Shown in pieces: positions 1 to 12,800 of a stretch of DNA of 64,000 nt. The notes beneath the pieces were generated by a model. It was not told the origin of the DNA and made no database searches. It saw nothing but the letters and a program-made list of their open reading frames with translations. The DNA comes from Azolla caroliniana (taxonomy: Eukaryota > Plantae > Polypodiophyta): assembly GCA_043228905.1 (NCBI GenBank), contig JBHGNT010000003.1, positions 14,508,001 through 14,572,000 on the forward strand. The letters run 5' to 3'. The stretch's first letter is position 1. Each line of letters opens with the position of its first letter. The position numbers were made by a program, and so were the translations under genes.

Positions 1-256
1 AATACGTGTACATGTGACCACATATGCATATATTAAACAAATCGTTACATCAAATAGCCAAAAATGATGTAATCGAGATACGTAATCGAGGCCCCCAGGC
101 AAGTTCACACTTGGCCTAATGGGTTGTCTCAATCCCGAGGATTAAAAGCAATCCTCCCCTTCTTTACACTCTTGGTTAACCCTCACACTTATCCACGTGT
201 ATAGAATACTACGGTAAATTCTCAGCACAGGATATTATATGGTCATGCCCGTAACA
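1..256 (-). mobile_element. Chromovirus family A: 5' LTR start fused by an internal deletion to 5'-UTR sequence
   Basis: 91-256 is the reverse complement of the LTR start at 23300 (TGTTACGGGCATGACC...). 1-90 matches the internal leader at ~24220-24310. Confidence 0.85.
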
Positions 257-1020
257 CGGTGGGACAGTGCATTACACATCGAACCCACAATTGAGCTTCA
301 TTATTCTTCATATAATATGTCCATTATACTCTGGTCCAAGGCCTCGAGTGGTTCTTCCTCCGTCATTTGTTGTTGATGTTGCTCTGGTTGCTGATGTTGT
401 TGATCCAACTGTTGAGACTATTGTTGCTGCTCCGGACCGGCTTCCTCCGTCTGCTCTGTTTTGGCTCTTTCTGTCTGTTGATCCAATTGTGACTCTAGTT
501 GTTAGGGTCCTACCCCCACCAACTGTTCCTCATCGCTGATGTTGATTTGCTCTGCCCACCGTGCAACATCCTTCTTTTGGTGCTCCTGCTTATATCCTTC
601 TAGCTGCAATTACACGTCGAGTTGATCATCTACAAGTTCGTTGACGAACTTCCGAACTGCCTCTATCTATGTGTCGGTCAGGGCATAAAAATCCTCTGAC
701 AATTCCTCTTGGATGGTGACTATGCTTTCCTCATCCATCTTATAGAAATCGTCTCCGTCCTTCCGGTTTGTCGCATCCGCCCAGAGCTTTTCTAGTTCAG
801 ACACTTGTTTTGATCATTGATACCAATCTGCCGCCGAACAATGGACTATCCTTGTTTTCATCTAGTCCCTCCATGCTCCTACTAGCATCTAGATTCTTCC
901 GATGCCCATTTTGACTTTGTCTTTTGTGGCCACCCTTTTGTTCCTTAGCTGCTTGATGAGGCATGTCGTTGTTGTTGCTTGCACTTTGTACTCCATCAGT
1001 TTGGTTTGGTAGGATGAGGT
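257..1020 (-). pseudogene. 3' fragment of an Athila-like element related to 12668-22589: extra-ORF C-terminus plus pre-LTR tRNA-like site
   Basis: Minus strand translates to VSELEKLWADATNRKDGDDFYKMDEE, versus HVAELQLLRVDAENRQKEGDEFYKLDKED at ~21460-21550, and to PLEALDQSIMDIL, versus PLEPLDQSILDIL at ~22025-22065. Right boundary is approximate. Confidence 0.8.
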
Positions 1021-1029
1021 TTCATTATC

Positions 1030-2830
1030 CCACATCAATACCACACTATACATATGAGATGACGTTCAAGATCAGGTTACTATGGTAACACAAAGGTGTT
1101 TTAAAAACCATGGGGGAGATAAATGAATATATTTCCTTTATTTCTATATCGATTTTCTCATGGCGGCTCCTCGAGGCTCAACCAAGTATGTTCGCGGCAT
1201 GAATAGTTTATACACGAAAAAATGTTAACAATAAACTATGTCTCTATGCCCACCCATGTGGTTTCGGCTCTTTAAGTCCTATTACGTTGTCATATGTATC
1301 AATATTGTTATATGGTCTTGGTCATATTTGAACTTGAGACCTTGAGAACAAATACATTAAACACTTGTCAAGTTAACCAAATGGTTTGCTCCTTTTAAAT
1401 GTTTAATGTTTATATATAAGAGAGATACGCAAAGGCATTTGCCCATATATGATTTTTAGATGAAAAAATGTGTCTAGAAACCTTATTTCCCCCTTGTTAA
1501 CAAGAAAACTATGTTGGTACGTTACCCAACCTCAAGCCTCATCATTACGATGACATACCCCAAAGTGCAACGTAATGGTCAAGCAACACATAGTAGGCCC
1601 ACGTGGCCCATCACATGGTTATTACAAATGCCTTCCGTAATGATCATCTCATGGTGGCATCGTAATCATGTAACGAGTAAGGAATGTTGGATGCGTGTGT
1701 CATACGGGTGACCTCACATGAAGTGGGTCAAGCCCTATGCTCTCAACATCATTGTGGCTATGATTGTTTCATTCTAACGTGTAGCGAAATCGAGGTGACC
1801 AAGGGGAATAACAAAAAAACATTGTTTAAAGGATGGTGACTAAACCTTTCTCACAAAAAAAATGAGGACGGCAACCAAATTCCTTTCCCCGAAAAGGATA
1901 ACGTTCAATATTCCAAAATCACGTAGTAAACACTAATGTACACATATTTATGTTTATCACATGTATATGATTAAATACATATACACGTTATTACATATGC
2001 ATATATTAAAAAAATCGTAACATAACATAGCCAACGAATGATGTAATCAAGATACATAATCGAGGCATATAGCTTCTATGCACACGCAACATCCAAAATA
2101 AGGGTGAATGTAATACGCAATTGAGGTATTGACCTCTTACGCATACGACACAAATCGCATATCGTTTACATAGAAATCGATGTATTGACCTCATATACAT
2201 ACGTAACATATGTATGTGAACATAACACACAATTGAGGTATTAGCCTCATACGAATACGACACAAATCACATATCAAATATACGTCAAATGAGGTATTGA
2301 CCTTATACACATATGTATACATTTTATACAACCAATTATTATCACTACAACATAATTGAATCAATGAAAAAAATTACATATTGTCTATACATTATTAGAT
2401 TGGGAGAAGAAAGAATAGAAAAAAATTAAGAAAGAGCTAGCGAAGTTCCTTTGTTGATAGCTATTTGGATCAAGCTCGATCGCACATCGATCGATCACCA
2501 TCCAACAACAATAAAAAAAAAGAAACATTAGAATAAAAGCTCGGATACGAACTATTAGAGCTAATTACTAATGTAAGCATATGATAAGGATATAATAGAG
2601 AAATAGATAAGAGAGCAGAGAGAGAAAGATGGGTTTCGATCCACCCGACCACCCCCAAGAGAAGGGATCAAGACAGACTCGAGCCTCGATCAACGTCCCA
2701 TACCACTATTGTGGCGTCGAGTCGTACCTGGTATTGGTGCGCTCGCTACAAGAGTTGATCCACCACAAGGACAAGAGTCTCGACGTAGTCGATAATGTCA
2801 AAGGAGGGTAGCTAGGCCTCATATTTATAA
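1030..2830 (-). mobile_element. Degenerate chromovirus family A fragment: partial 5' LTR, decayed Met PBS and long 5' leader
   Basis: Reverse complement of ~23480-25285. Decayed PBS GCTCGGATACGA at ~2539-2550. Boundaries are approximate. Confidence 0.85.
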
Positions 2831-3289
2831 CCAGACCGAAAAGAAAATTAAGAAAGAAAGAAAGAAAATTAAGAAAGTGAGGGAGGGAGAGAAGGAAAGA
2901 AACATAGTTATGAATGAATGAATACCGAAAAGGAAATGGATAAGTGGGTTAAGTAGGAAAGTTTATTTTCTTTAACGAGAATCAAAATTACCGCCTCGCA
3001 AAAACACACACACATACAAAACATAACACACACAGACACTATGACTCAAGAGACCGAAAATTTGGTTCTTTTTTTCCTTGCATTTCTCTTTGTGCATTTC
3101 CAGGAGACCCCTACCCACAATCATGAGACCCCACCCACCATCATGTAACAAATTCTTTTAATTTTTTTTTGGGTTAGAAACTCCTTTCCTTTATTGTTTT
3201 TTTGAATGTTTGGAACATAGTTTTAATTTCGTTTGATGTAATTTCATCATGAACAATGTAATTTTTTTTATCAGGATTTTGAACTCTAT

Positions 3290-3353
3290 AGAAAGCGCAC
3301 TTAATAGAATGGTGCACTTAAGTGGGCACGCACTTAACCGAATGGTTACTGTA
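3290..3353. mobile_element. Probable terminus of a Tc1/mariner (pogo-like) DNA transposon or MITE
   Basis: Reverse complement reads TA-CAGTAACCATTCGGTTAAGTGC..., with three subterminal GCACTTAA repeats. No partner TIR found. Confidence 0.4.
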
Positions 3354-3804
3354 TATGTTGTCAATATCTACAGAATCTAGTAGGCCATCATTAGACAGCT
3401 TTTAGACTTAATCGTGGGTGTTGTAACATCAAAATATTCTTGAATGATTCTCTCTCAACCAATAGAAAAGACTCTTTTGCTGGCTGCCTAGGACAAGAAG
3501 GAGAAGAAGAATCTTTCCTATTGGTTGTGTTGTGTTTGCTGAAGGCCTAAGACAACAAAGAAGAAGGAGAACTGATTAAGACTGAGACTGTGTTGTGTTC
3601 GCTAAGGGCACTTCAGAAACTGATGAATGAAAATATGTAGTCTGATCTGTACTGAAATAACGGAAACACCACCATCCAAAACAAAAGTTGCATTCAGGGA
3701 AAGAATGAAAACATCGTGGAATTTTAAAAGAGATGGGAGATGGTTATTATTGTAGTTGGTCGCATAATTCGTAATAGTATTTACACTAACACATATACAT
3801 AAAG

Positions 3805-3885
3805 CGTGGACGGCAGGATTCGAACCTGCGCGGGCGAACCCACATGATTTCTAGTCATGCCCGATAACCACTCCGGCACGTCCAC
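3805..3885 (-). tRNA. tRNA-Ser(AGA): tRNA-Ser(AGA)
   Basis: Reverse complement is GTGGACGTGCCGGAGTGGTTATCGGGCATGACTAGAAATCATGTGGGTTCGCCCGCGCAGGTTCGAATCCTGCCGTCCACG. It has a paired acceptor stem, A and B boxes, an AGA anticodon and a long variable arm. Confidence 0.96.
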
Positions 3886-5071
3886 TGAATTATATACAAT
3901 GGGTTTAGTACAAATCCTATTGTAAAGTCTGCATAAAAAAAAGGGCCTACCCTGCACCAAAAGATGCCTTGAGCATCTTGCACGCTGAATATTAGAGATC
4001 TTCATATTACGCCTTACATCGTTACATAGTGAGAATCTTAGTGACTAGTAAAGCATTTTCAATTCTTCTGGTTCCCAAATAGACCCAATCGATGAATCAT
4101 TTTCATAGAATCAATTCTGGGTGAAAAAATTCGGAGTCTAATGCAGAACTTCATTTGTAGACTATGATCATCATTGATGTCTTAAACTTCCCACAATAAA
4201 AAAAGGAAGATTTTCATTAAAGCATGGCCAATAATATTATCAGGTGGACTTTTTTAGGTTTGAGATGGGTGTTCTTTCACTAACTTCATAAAGTTCACAT
4301 TGATGGCAATCAGTATTCTGACGAATATATTCTCAACATCTCAAAGTTCAAAAAGCAACAATATCATGTTTCCCGTAGAAACAACACAGCACAACTTTAA
4401 CAGAGAACCACTTACGATGGGAAATCTAACTAACCTCACGATACTTCATCACAACGTTTTCAACACTTGTGTCCCATGTTCCTCGTCAATACGTCTTTCT
4501 ACATACCCAATAATATTCAGGAAATGAATACTCCTCTCTCCTTCACCAAATTCTTACATTGCCTGAACACTCATTGATTAATGCTGAATTGTGAGGCTAT
4601 CAATTTGCAAATAATCATTCATCAGAGAAAGCTAAATTACATTTTTGCTGTAAAACCATAGCTACACCAAGAAAAGCTTATATATACATTGTTGATCAGC
4701 AAGACCAAGGACAGTGTTTTCAACAATCGAGAAACATTTTTTATGATCAGATGACATGAACAAAGGACTTTTCAACAATTAGAAAACCTGATCCTTGCTG
4801 ATCTATAATTAGTATATTTGCATTTGGGTCTTAAGACTCCATCATGTCATGTTTCTTGAGTATTTCACATAATAATGTATTCTGACTTTTACATTGCTCA
4901 CACGCTTCATGACAAAATCATCGTTTTTAAATTTAACCATTCTGTTCGAAAGTTGAATGGTACTCATACTGGTGTGGACCAAAATACACTTGATGGTTCA
5001 GTGGAAACAAGTCTATATGATTCTTTATTTCCGTTTCAAAGGTTGTTTACCCAAAAAAGGAATATTAACTC

Positions 5072-5332
5072 TTAAGGAAAAGTTCGAAAGTTTTCTGAAG
5101 AGAAAATATCCACAGGAGCATTCACGCTATCCATAAAGATTTTGCGAGCTCTTTCTTTAATCGAACCTTGTATGCCCATCCTGTTATGATCAAGAAATAC
5201 AACCACAACACTGATATCGTCATGAAAGAAGCGTCTCACACCTGGCTCGATCTTCTTTAGGTCGGAATAACGCATCTCACGTTTCTTTGCTACTTCCTGA
5301 AGAGCAGTTCTTACCAGTCTTTTAGCAATGCC
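5072..5332 (-). CDS. PP2C.D: PP2C-D coding exon 4
   Basis: Acceptor TACCAG|GGC; encodes [22 protein letters not shown]...; TAA stop at 5074-5072. Confidence 0.93.
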   Translation of the reverse strand, partial: GIAKRLVRTALQEVAKKREMRYSDLKKIEPGVRRFFHDDISVVVVFLDHNRMGIQGSIKERARKIFMDSVNAPVDIFSSENFRTFP

Positions 5333-7499
5333 CTGGTACAAGAATGTCCCAGTATAGCATTAATCAATGAGTGTGAACATGTTAGCAATAACAGACAGTG
5401 TAGAATTAAGGGGAAAACACCTCAAATATTTCGGATATTTTACCAGAATTCCTCTAAGTTCTCAGAAATCATTTGAACACCCCTCTATATTCTGGTACAT
5501 ATTGAGGTATTCAGGTAAAACCCTTAACTAGTTAATGGCGTTTTTACCTTATATTAATCAACAATATTAATAAAAGAAAGAAATCAAAAACCAAATATAC
5601 AAACATTTCGTGATCCTTTTTGCACCACATCCACGGCGTCTTGATCTGTTAGGTGCTCCCATAGGCCATCAGATGCGAAAATGAGGAAACGATCCTCCAC
5701 AGAAAGTATTTTCTCATGAAGAGATGGTTCAGCAGATATAACTGGCTTCTCAAAGGACACAGCTACTCCACCATGGGCAAAACATAGGTCTTTATTTAGC
5801 TGTGGCTTCTTCAAGTACACATCTCCAATTGACCTGGACACCTACAATATGTAAATGCTTAACATTTGCATAAGAATCCATAGAGTTTAAGTATATGCAA
5901 TGCTCAATTTTGAAGCACATTTCAAGCTTAAATTGGCATTTTTTGTCCCTCATGAAAAAGAATCAAAGATTGTAAAATTGAAGATCAATGAAATAGCTTA
6001 AGTTACAAAAATGAAGCTAAATGAATATGCAAGGGAGCAAGAAGCATGTATTTCAAAGGTTACAAAAATGAGGCTACATGAATATGCAAGGGTGCAAGAA
6101 GCATGTGGTTCAAAGGTTACAAAATGAAGCTCCAGTTTCTTAAAAAAGTTTCGAAGTGTGTATTGGTGCAATTAATTATATATGCAGGTTAGGTGAAATG
6201 TCAATACTACTACCATCATATTCGGGTTGGATTTAAATCACAGAATACTCTTACTGAAAAAAATGGAACTACCCTTAAATGGTAAGGAAATCATATAGCT
6301 CTTTAAAAAAGTAACGTAAATATGTGAGCTATATCAACTGCTTTACTGAGGGCCTAAGGTGATATTTTTGAAAATACAACAGGAGGACCAAACTCAAAAC
6401 TCAATGCTATCATCCCAATATCACATGAATCACTAATGATATACCTACCTGGATAATTCCTTTTACACGCCAAACACCATGCTTGAGCACAACTATATGG
6501 GAATCGTCCGGATGCTGTTCTTTCAGCTCCTTACGAACCTCTGCATTGCCCGCATTATGCTCGTCAGACAGTCTTACTGCAACGATCTTCCCTTGCTTCT
6601 CTGTTCCCAAAACAACCCTTGAATCTCCAAGGTTAGCCACATACAAATGATTTCCACTTATAACTCCCACAAGGCAACATGACCCAACTGAAGCTATCTT
6701 AGGCTTAGACTGCCAATTTTTATCAACGAGGCACAAGAACTCTTCTTCGGTTGCATTAAACGCTTGCTTTAGAACCTTCGATGACATCCCACCCAGATCC
6801 TGAGCAAAACCTGTGAAGAACTCCTTTAGGCAATTTTGAAACCATATGCAAAGTTATAAACAAAGTGTAAATTCCTTTAGGCATGTAGCGATGTTCATAA
6901 TGGCAGAAAACAAGGCAGTGTAAAGAACAAATCTGATCTTGTCCTTAATTTCCCCAAATGCACAGTAAATTTTCATAACTTCTCCAAATACTCTTGGCCA
7001 ACCCTCTCTCAAACATTTATACATGCTATTTTGAGCAAATATAAGATCAATTCATTTCCTTTTTTATCTCTTTCAAGGTGTGACAGGTGCAGTTAAGGAA
7101 CTAAACAAACTATCCGAGAGGCAATTGAGGATTTAATGAAAATTTCAGGAGTATCTCAGACTATTTCCCAAAACAAAAATAAATATATAAACATCTGTGC
7201 TAAGATTAAGAAGGTTTACCTTCGATCTTTGGGAACAAAATATTGGTGATGAATCGCGATGCTTCAGGGCCTCCATGACCATCATAAATCCCAATAAGAG
7301 TACCATGAGGTCCAACTTGAACTTGGCTTTGATCTTCCAAAAGCTCATTGGCTTGAACAACAGCTATGGAGAAGTCTCCACTTGTACACTCTGTGAGATC
7401 TTTGTGCCATAGTAACGCATCTTGCTCGCCATCAACCATGTTTGCACCAGATTGTAGGCATTGTTCAAACGGTTTCCAACAAGCAGAAAGCATACCCAT
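5072..7499 (-). CDS. PP2C.D: Protein phosphatase 2C, clade D (~379 aa, 4 coding exons)
   Basis: Exons 7499-7220, 6810-6449, 5841-5605 and 5332-5072 have GT-AG introns in consistent phase. Motifs: [82 protein letters not shown]. Confidence 0.95.
5605..5841 (-). CDS. PP2C.D: PP2C-D coding exon 3
   Basis: Acceptor TGTAG|GTG; donor AAT|GTTTGT. Confidence 0.93.
6002..6130. repeat. 57-bp tandem repeat (~2.3 copies) in PP2C intron 2
   Basis: GTTACAAAA(A)TGA recurs at 6002, 6059 and 6116. Confidence 0.85.
6449..6810 (-). CDS. PP2C.D: PP2C-D coding exon 2
   Basis: Acceptor TTCACAG|GT at 6811/6810; donor CAG|GTAGGT at 6449/6448. Confidence 0.93.
7220..7499 (-). CDS. PP2C.D: PP2C-D coding exon 1
   Basis: ATG at 7499 (alternative at 7493); donor AAG|GTAAAC at 7220/7219. 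Confidence 0.9.
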
Positions 7500-8559
7500 T
7501 ATCACACACTAGTAATACCTGGTTTTGCCCCAAATGAAACACACCAACTTCACCCCAAAACCAATCTCGATTTTCTAACTAAATGAACTCGAATAGGTTC
7601 GATTTTCAACCCAAATGACAACGAATTGGCCTTGAATTGCTATCTGAATGAGCATAAATTCAGTCTGATTTCTAACCAAATGAACAAAACCAGTTCAATT
7701 CTGAACTATGAAAAAAGGTCTAGTTTGAATTTAACATTTCTGCAGCTGCAACATATGATGATGTTATCTATCTTTTAGGTCGGATTGAGGGGTCTCCCGA
7801 GGGGGAATATCAAGTTCTGGTCAGATATACCGGTGGATCCTTCTCCACTGCGTTCTTTCGAAACCAATATCCTCATGCACAACATCTGCCCTTCTTTGTG
7901 AGGAAGCAGGATAGATCGTCTGAGATGAAGAGATTAAAAATGAAAAGAATGTTAGAATGTGGAACAAGGATGAAAAGATCAAAACAGGAATGGGACAGAG
8001 ACATAAGAAAAGTATTGCCAATTCATTCAGCACAATGACCCATTCGAATAGGAATTATCTCTTCTTTTAGCTGGAACACAACACCTCCGGAGAGGATTAT
8101 CTATGTATGTATCAGTATAAGCACCTCAGCAGAAAAGGAAAATCCATTGATGTAACAGAACAGAAAAGAAGGAGTTATAACGAAAAGAAACAATAGAAGG
8201 TGAAACATTGCCACAGAAAAAGAAGATGTCAACATTCATGGTTTTATCTTCCTTCTTGTCAGAGAGAATATCCAGTGAACGCAAGACTAAACTAGAAATG
8301 GTACTTCTAGACTAGAAATCTGAAAAAAGATGAAAGAAATAACAGAAACAAAGGAATAATAAGTGAACAGAAGAATTGAAGACTCTGGACCTGTACAGTA
8401 AGCTTTATAGTGGTGTAGATTAGCAGAGAACCAGGATCCCCCAAACTTATTACAAACCACGGTCTTGTCTCCTTCCCAGACCTTTTATTGTTTCTTGCGC
8501 AGATATAGATGTAAAACATGAAACATGAGACAGAAAGAAACGATTTCTAGGGTAAGGGT

Positions 8560-8562
<3 letters not shown>

Positions 8563-8615
<53 letters not shown>

Positions 8616-8781
8616 TTCAAGAATGGATGGAAGGTTTTTAATGCCCAATCCTTAACACAAGAGGCAGGATTCGATTCAGATAAAAAGAGAAGAAGGGTAT
8701 TGGGCTTCTTTTACGTTCGATTTCACTAGACTTTTGTTGGGACGCAAAGCTGAGACATTAGAACGTGTGATCAGTTTCAAT

Positions 8782-8833
<52 letters not shown>

Positions 8834-9830
8834 TGAAAATGATTTCTGATTTCTATAAACATCAGAGGAAAGAAGATCGTTTCATCAGAAACTCTCCATG
8901 TCTGTCTCTCCGTCCTCGAGGGTTCAGGCTCAGTAATGAACCGTGAAAGAGAGGCAAAAAGAATACATGGAAAGAAAGATATTGAAGATGATCAGAACGA
9001 AATCTTTCACATGAGCTCAGAAATGGCCAAGAAAGGGCAAGAACGGAAACATAGACATGGATTGTTTAAACTGTGCACACATGAAAGTGCGCAGAACGAA
9101 GAAGAAAGAGAAATATCTCCGAGAAGAACGTTTGGGTTGAAGGAGAAAGAGAAGTGTGGCAGGATCATCCCAGGGGAGGGGATGGATGAGAAAAGAGAAG
9201 AAGAATTGATATGTTACCTAAGAAAGAAAGGAGCAGAGCAGAACATACATACATATATACATCATGCACAGATATATATATATGCACACACAGACAGAGA
9301 GACAGATACTTATACACAACGAAAAGCAGATCATCTACATGTATATAAGCGTCATAGCAACAGATAAATAGAGAGAGAGAGAGATGGAGGGGGAAAAGAC
9401 ATACCTCAGCAATCGTTGTGTGTGTCTGTGAGAGAGAGAGAGAGAGAGAGAAGCAGAAGAAGAAGAAGAAGAGGCGGAACGAGTTTATGAAGGAATAAGA
9501 AGCAGGTGAAGAAGTAGCGATGGCGAAGAAGGTTTTCTCTGTCTGACTGAATGTATGTATGTATGTATGTATGTATGTGGTGTTAAAACAAAAAGGAAAG
9601 GAAGAGGAAGAGGAAACAGCCAAGCGATGGCGATAGTAGCAGTAGTAGAAGTAGAAGTAGTAGTAGTAGTAGTAAGAAGAAGAAGAAGAAAAAGAAAAGA
9701 GAGAGAGAGAGAGAGAGGTTTCTGTGTTTTTTTTTGCGTTTTGCGTTTTGCGTTTTGCTTTTTGCTTTTTGCTTTTATGTGGTTCCGTCGTTGGCTGTCG
9801 TTCGCTCAAACTTCTTCTTCCTTCTTCTTC
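8563..9830. repeat. Microsatellite cluster ((GA)n, (CA)n, (TA)n, (TATG)n, (GTA)n, (GAA)n) in the probable PP2C 5' leader, leader intron and promoter
   Basis: Repeats are directly visible and the minus strand is pyrimidine-rich. Candidate leader donor GAG|GTATGT near 9404. Confidence 0.8.
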
Positions 9831-12800
9831 TGTTGTCGTAACTTGTTTTGTTTTTGTTTATTATCATGGAAGTTCCAATGTGGCATGGCATGCATGGCCA
9901 ATTGTGGGATTGCGTGATGAGTGTCATGACTACTCACGTTCTCGTTGCAATAATAAAAGCCCAAAATATGAGTCTAAGTCGAATTCAACCCATGTAAAAA
10001 TATTTGATTAATAAGGAGTTAGTAGTGAAATTGAGTTGTTACTAACTGATTCATGTTCTAAAATTTGAGTAAGCTATGTATTCGTCTCATAAACCTATAT
10101 GTATTAGAAAGATCGGGCAAACATCAACCCGATGACGCGTAGTGGATATGATGAGGATGAGGATGATGACAATGGGCAAACTCGGTCACTCTCGAGTATG
10201 AGGACCACATCACACCATTCTCCTAATTACAATAACAATTCACATTTGTTAAACTAGATTAGTGATTAAGCATGAGTAATTCATTGATGCCTTTCATTCG
10301 TGTAGCCCTCAAAGTTGTGTTTACAACTTTGACATTATCGAATTTTCCACAACACAAAGATCGAAATCAATAAAGTTGCCTTTTCAAAGCCAATTCTAAT
10401 AAAAGATAGAGACTTGTTTAAATCTATATCATACATATTACAAGTTATGGGCGAATCTTCGTAATTCAAGAGGGTGGGCTTTTTCCATAAAGACAAGCTT
10501 TAAAAAAAGACGCGACTTCACTGGCTAAACACGAGGTCCGAACTCTTTTTTCTTAATTATTATGAAAGGAAAATAAAAACAAACCTTGATGTCTCAATGC
10601 AATGTCCCAACAAAGTATATAAATTTGTGGGTTCTTAACCATTCTTTCTTGTTTCGACAAATACACTTTGCTAGCTGCCTCTTGATCCAATATATGTGGT
10701 ACATATTTGAGTAATTATATGGCCAATCATTCCTTTTCCCTCGTTTATATGCTCTATTTGTTCCTATTACCCTCTTTAAGAGGTTGAGTAGGGGCATTTG
10801 GGTATTTTGAAATTATTCCCATATATAGACTTACACAAAAGTAATCAATCAATAAAGCTAGATTTTGCCATGATGGATTTACAATGTGACTTAAGTTCAT
10901 GAAAGAATATACGGAGGGGGGGGGGACTATGTGATTAGTGTTGGCATACTTTGATGTGATGATTATTGTTATCATTATAGTGATTAGCCACGCACGCATT
11001 TTACAATTCCTCCCATTACAATTTTTGTAGAGGCACTAAGCGTTATTGTAACTCAAGCGAGTTCTAATGATATAAAGATCAATTGGAAAGCTTCAACGTG
11101 TTTTGCTATTTACATTTCAAATATCAAATTAAATACAAAAAAAGTTGATTGTGTAATTTAGATGAGTGTGCTTTAATAGGAAGATGGTTTCATGGGCAAA
11201 GGTCAGTTTGCTAATGTGACATCTCAAATCTCAACTTACCAAGTAAATCTCGATTAAATGTGAAGTATGAATATTGACTTTGAAGCTCTAAATGAGTCAT
11301 GGATGTATATTGGCTTTGTCATCGATGGTCATGGATACATCATGGGTAATGCGTTGGTGGGGCATGAAGAGGCAAAGATACATTTTTAAAATTTGAAAAT
11401 ATTGGTCAAAAGCTTGCCTACAAGGAAATAAGATGCCCCACCCCTTTGCCTACAACTTTGTCACCAAAAGAAATGTCTCCATCGTTTCAATCGCCAACTT
11501 TGTGAACTCATTAAGTACTTGACCACCATTCAAATATTACGAAGAACGACCTTCAAGTCCTTTACACTTCTCTTCTATAATACTCCAACAAGTTGAGCAA
11601 ACAAGACAAAAGTGAAACAAACCTCAACCACATAATCGCCAAAAAAAGAAAAAAAAACATATTAACACTAAAACTTCTTCATCTTTTAGTGACAAAAATC
11701 TCACCAACTTGCTCTCTCTCTAGTTATTAATCAAACATAGTGGACAACATCTAAAATGTGACAAAATATATTCTCAAGCCAATTTGAAATAAATATTTAT
11801 CTTCAATGATAGGCAAGCCATGGAGTGCAAATGGAGAACTAAGTTGTGGAAATTATGAATTGACAGAAATATGAAAAAATACACATGATAAAGATGATGG
11901 AATTATCAAATCTACTAAAGTTGCATAATTATATACTACCAATACAAAACTTGGATCAAAGTTTTCTATTGGTTGACCCCCACCCCCATATGTATTGAGA
12001 TGATTTTATGAGTATATGTTTAAGGCAAATTTTTAATTATTTTGATAATTTCAATGAATCAAAGAGGTATATTGAGAACCCAACATTTGATTCCTAATCC
12101 ATTGCATATGCTCGTGTCTATGTATTTGCAACCAAATATTAAATAGGCCAATTGAGGGAGTCACGATCACAGTCAATTAGAGTCACTCTCATTGTCAATG
12201 CAAGGATGGGTTCGATAATCCCACCAAAATATGCATCGTCAGATCATTATTGTTGGTTGCCTCAGACGGCCAAATGGGAAAGGTCGAGAAGGAGAAAGAC
12301 AAAGGGACGGTTACGGCAAGTGAAGAAGACAGGTGGGGCTGTAGCGTAGTGAAGAGGGAGTAACAGTCGTCGCGTAGTTAATGAAAGTAACGATTCACAC
12401 GCTGAGCATAACCGCCCATTGTAGAGAAATAGCGCGGAATATTGCTTGGCCACAACCGAGTCTTGAATCACTTTTATGAGAATGAAACACAGAAATGGGA
12501 AATGGAGAGTACACAAAGAAAATACACAATATGTTTATGTGGAAAACCCAAATAGGGAAAAAACCACGGAAGCCCACAGACTCCAACTATCACTATGGGA
12601 GAAATGTACAATCAGAGCATCGGAGGCAACGACCTCGAGCTCTATATCTTCACCAAACAACGGTTACTGTTAGCCAGCCGACAAGGAGCGGAGGACAGTC
12701 TAGAATATGAAAGGGCAGGAATAATCAGAAGTTGTTATTAGGATATTAATTAATTAAGTAAATTTTAGAGAATTGAACGGACGGACCAGAATCGGTATGC

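Noticed and set aside
2120-2305. CRISPR-like array of regularly spaced palindromes (also at 24030-24165)
   Set aside because: The spacers resemble each other (a decayed tandem repeat), the array sits inside a retrotransposon leader, and there are no cas genes.
8734-10011. ORFs of 70-214 aa upstream of PP2C
   Set aside because: They are translations of microsatellites (poly-Y/S/F, HT repeats) with no domain signal.
10020-12245. Possible degraded transposon or gene in the AT-rich intergenic region
   Set aside because: No recognisable motifs, termini or credible ORFs by eye.
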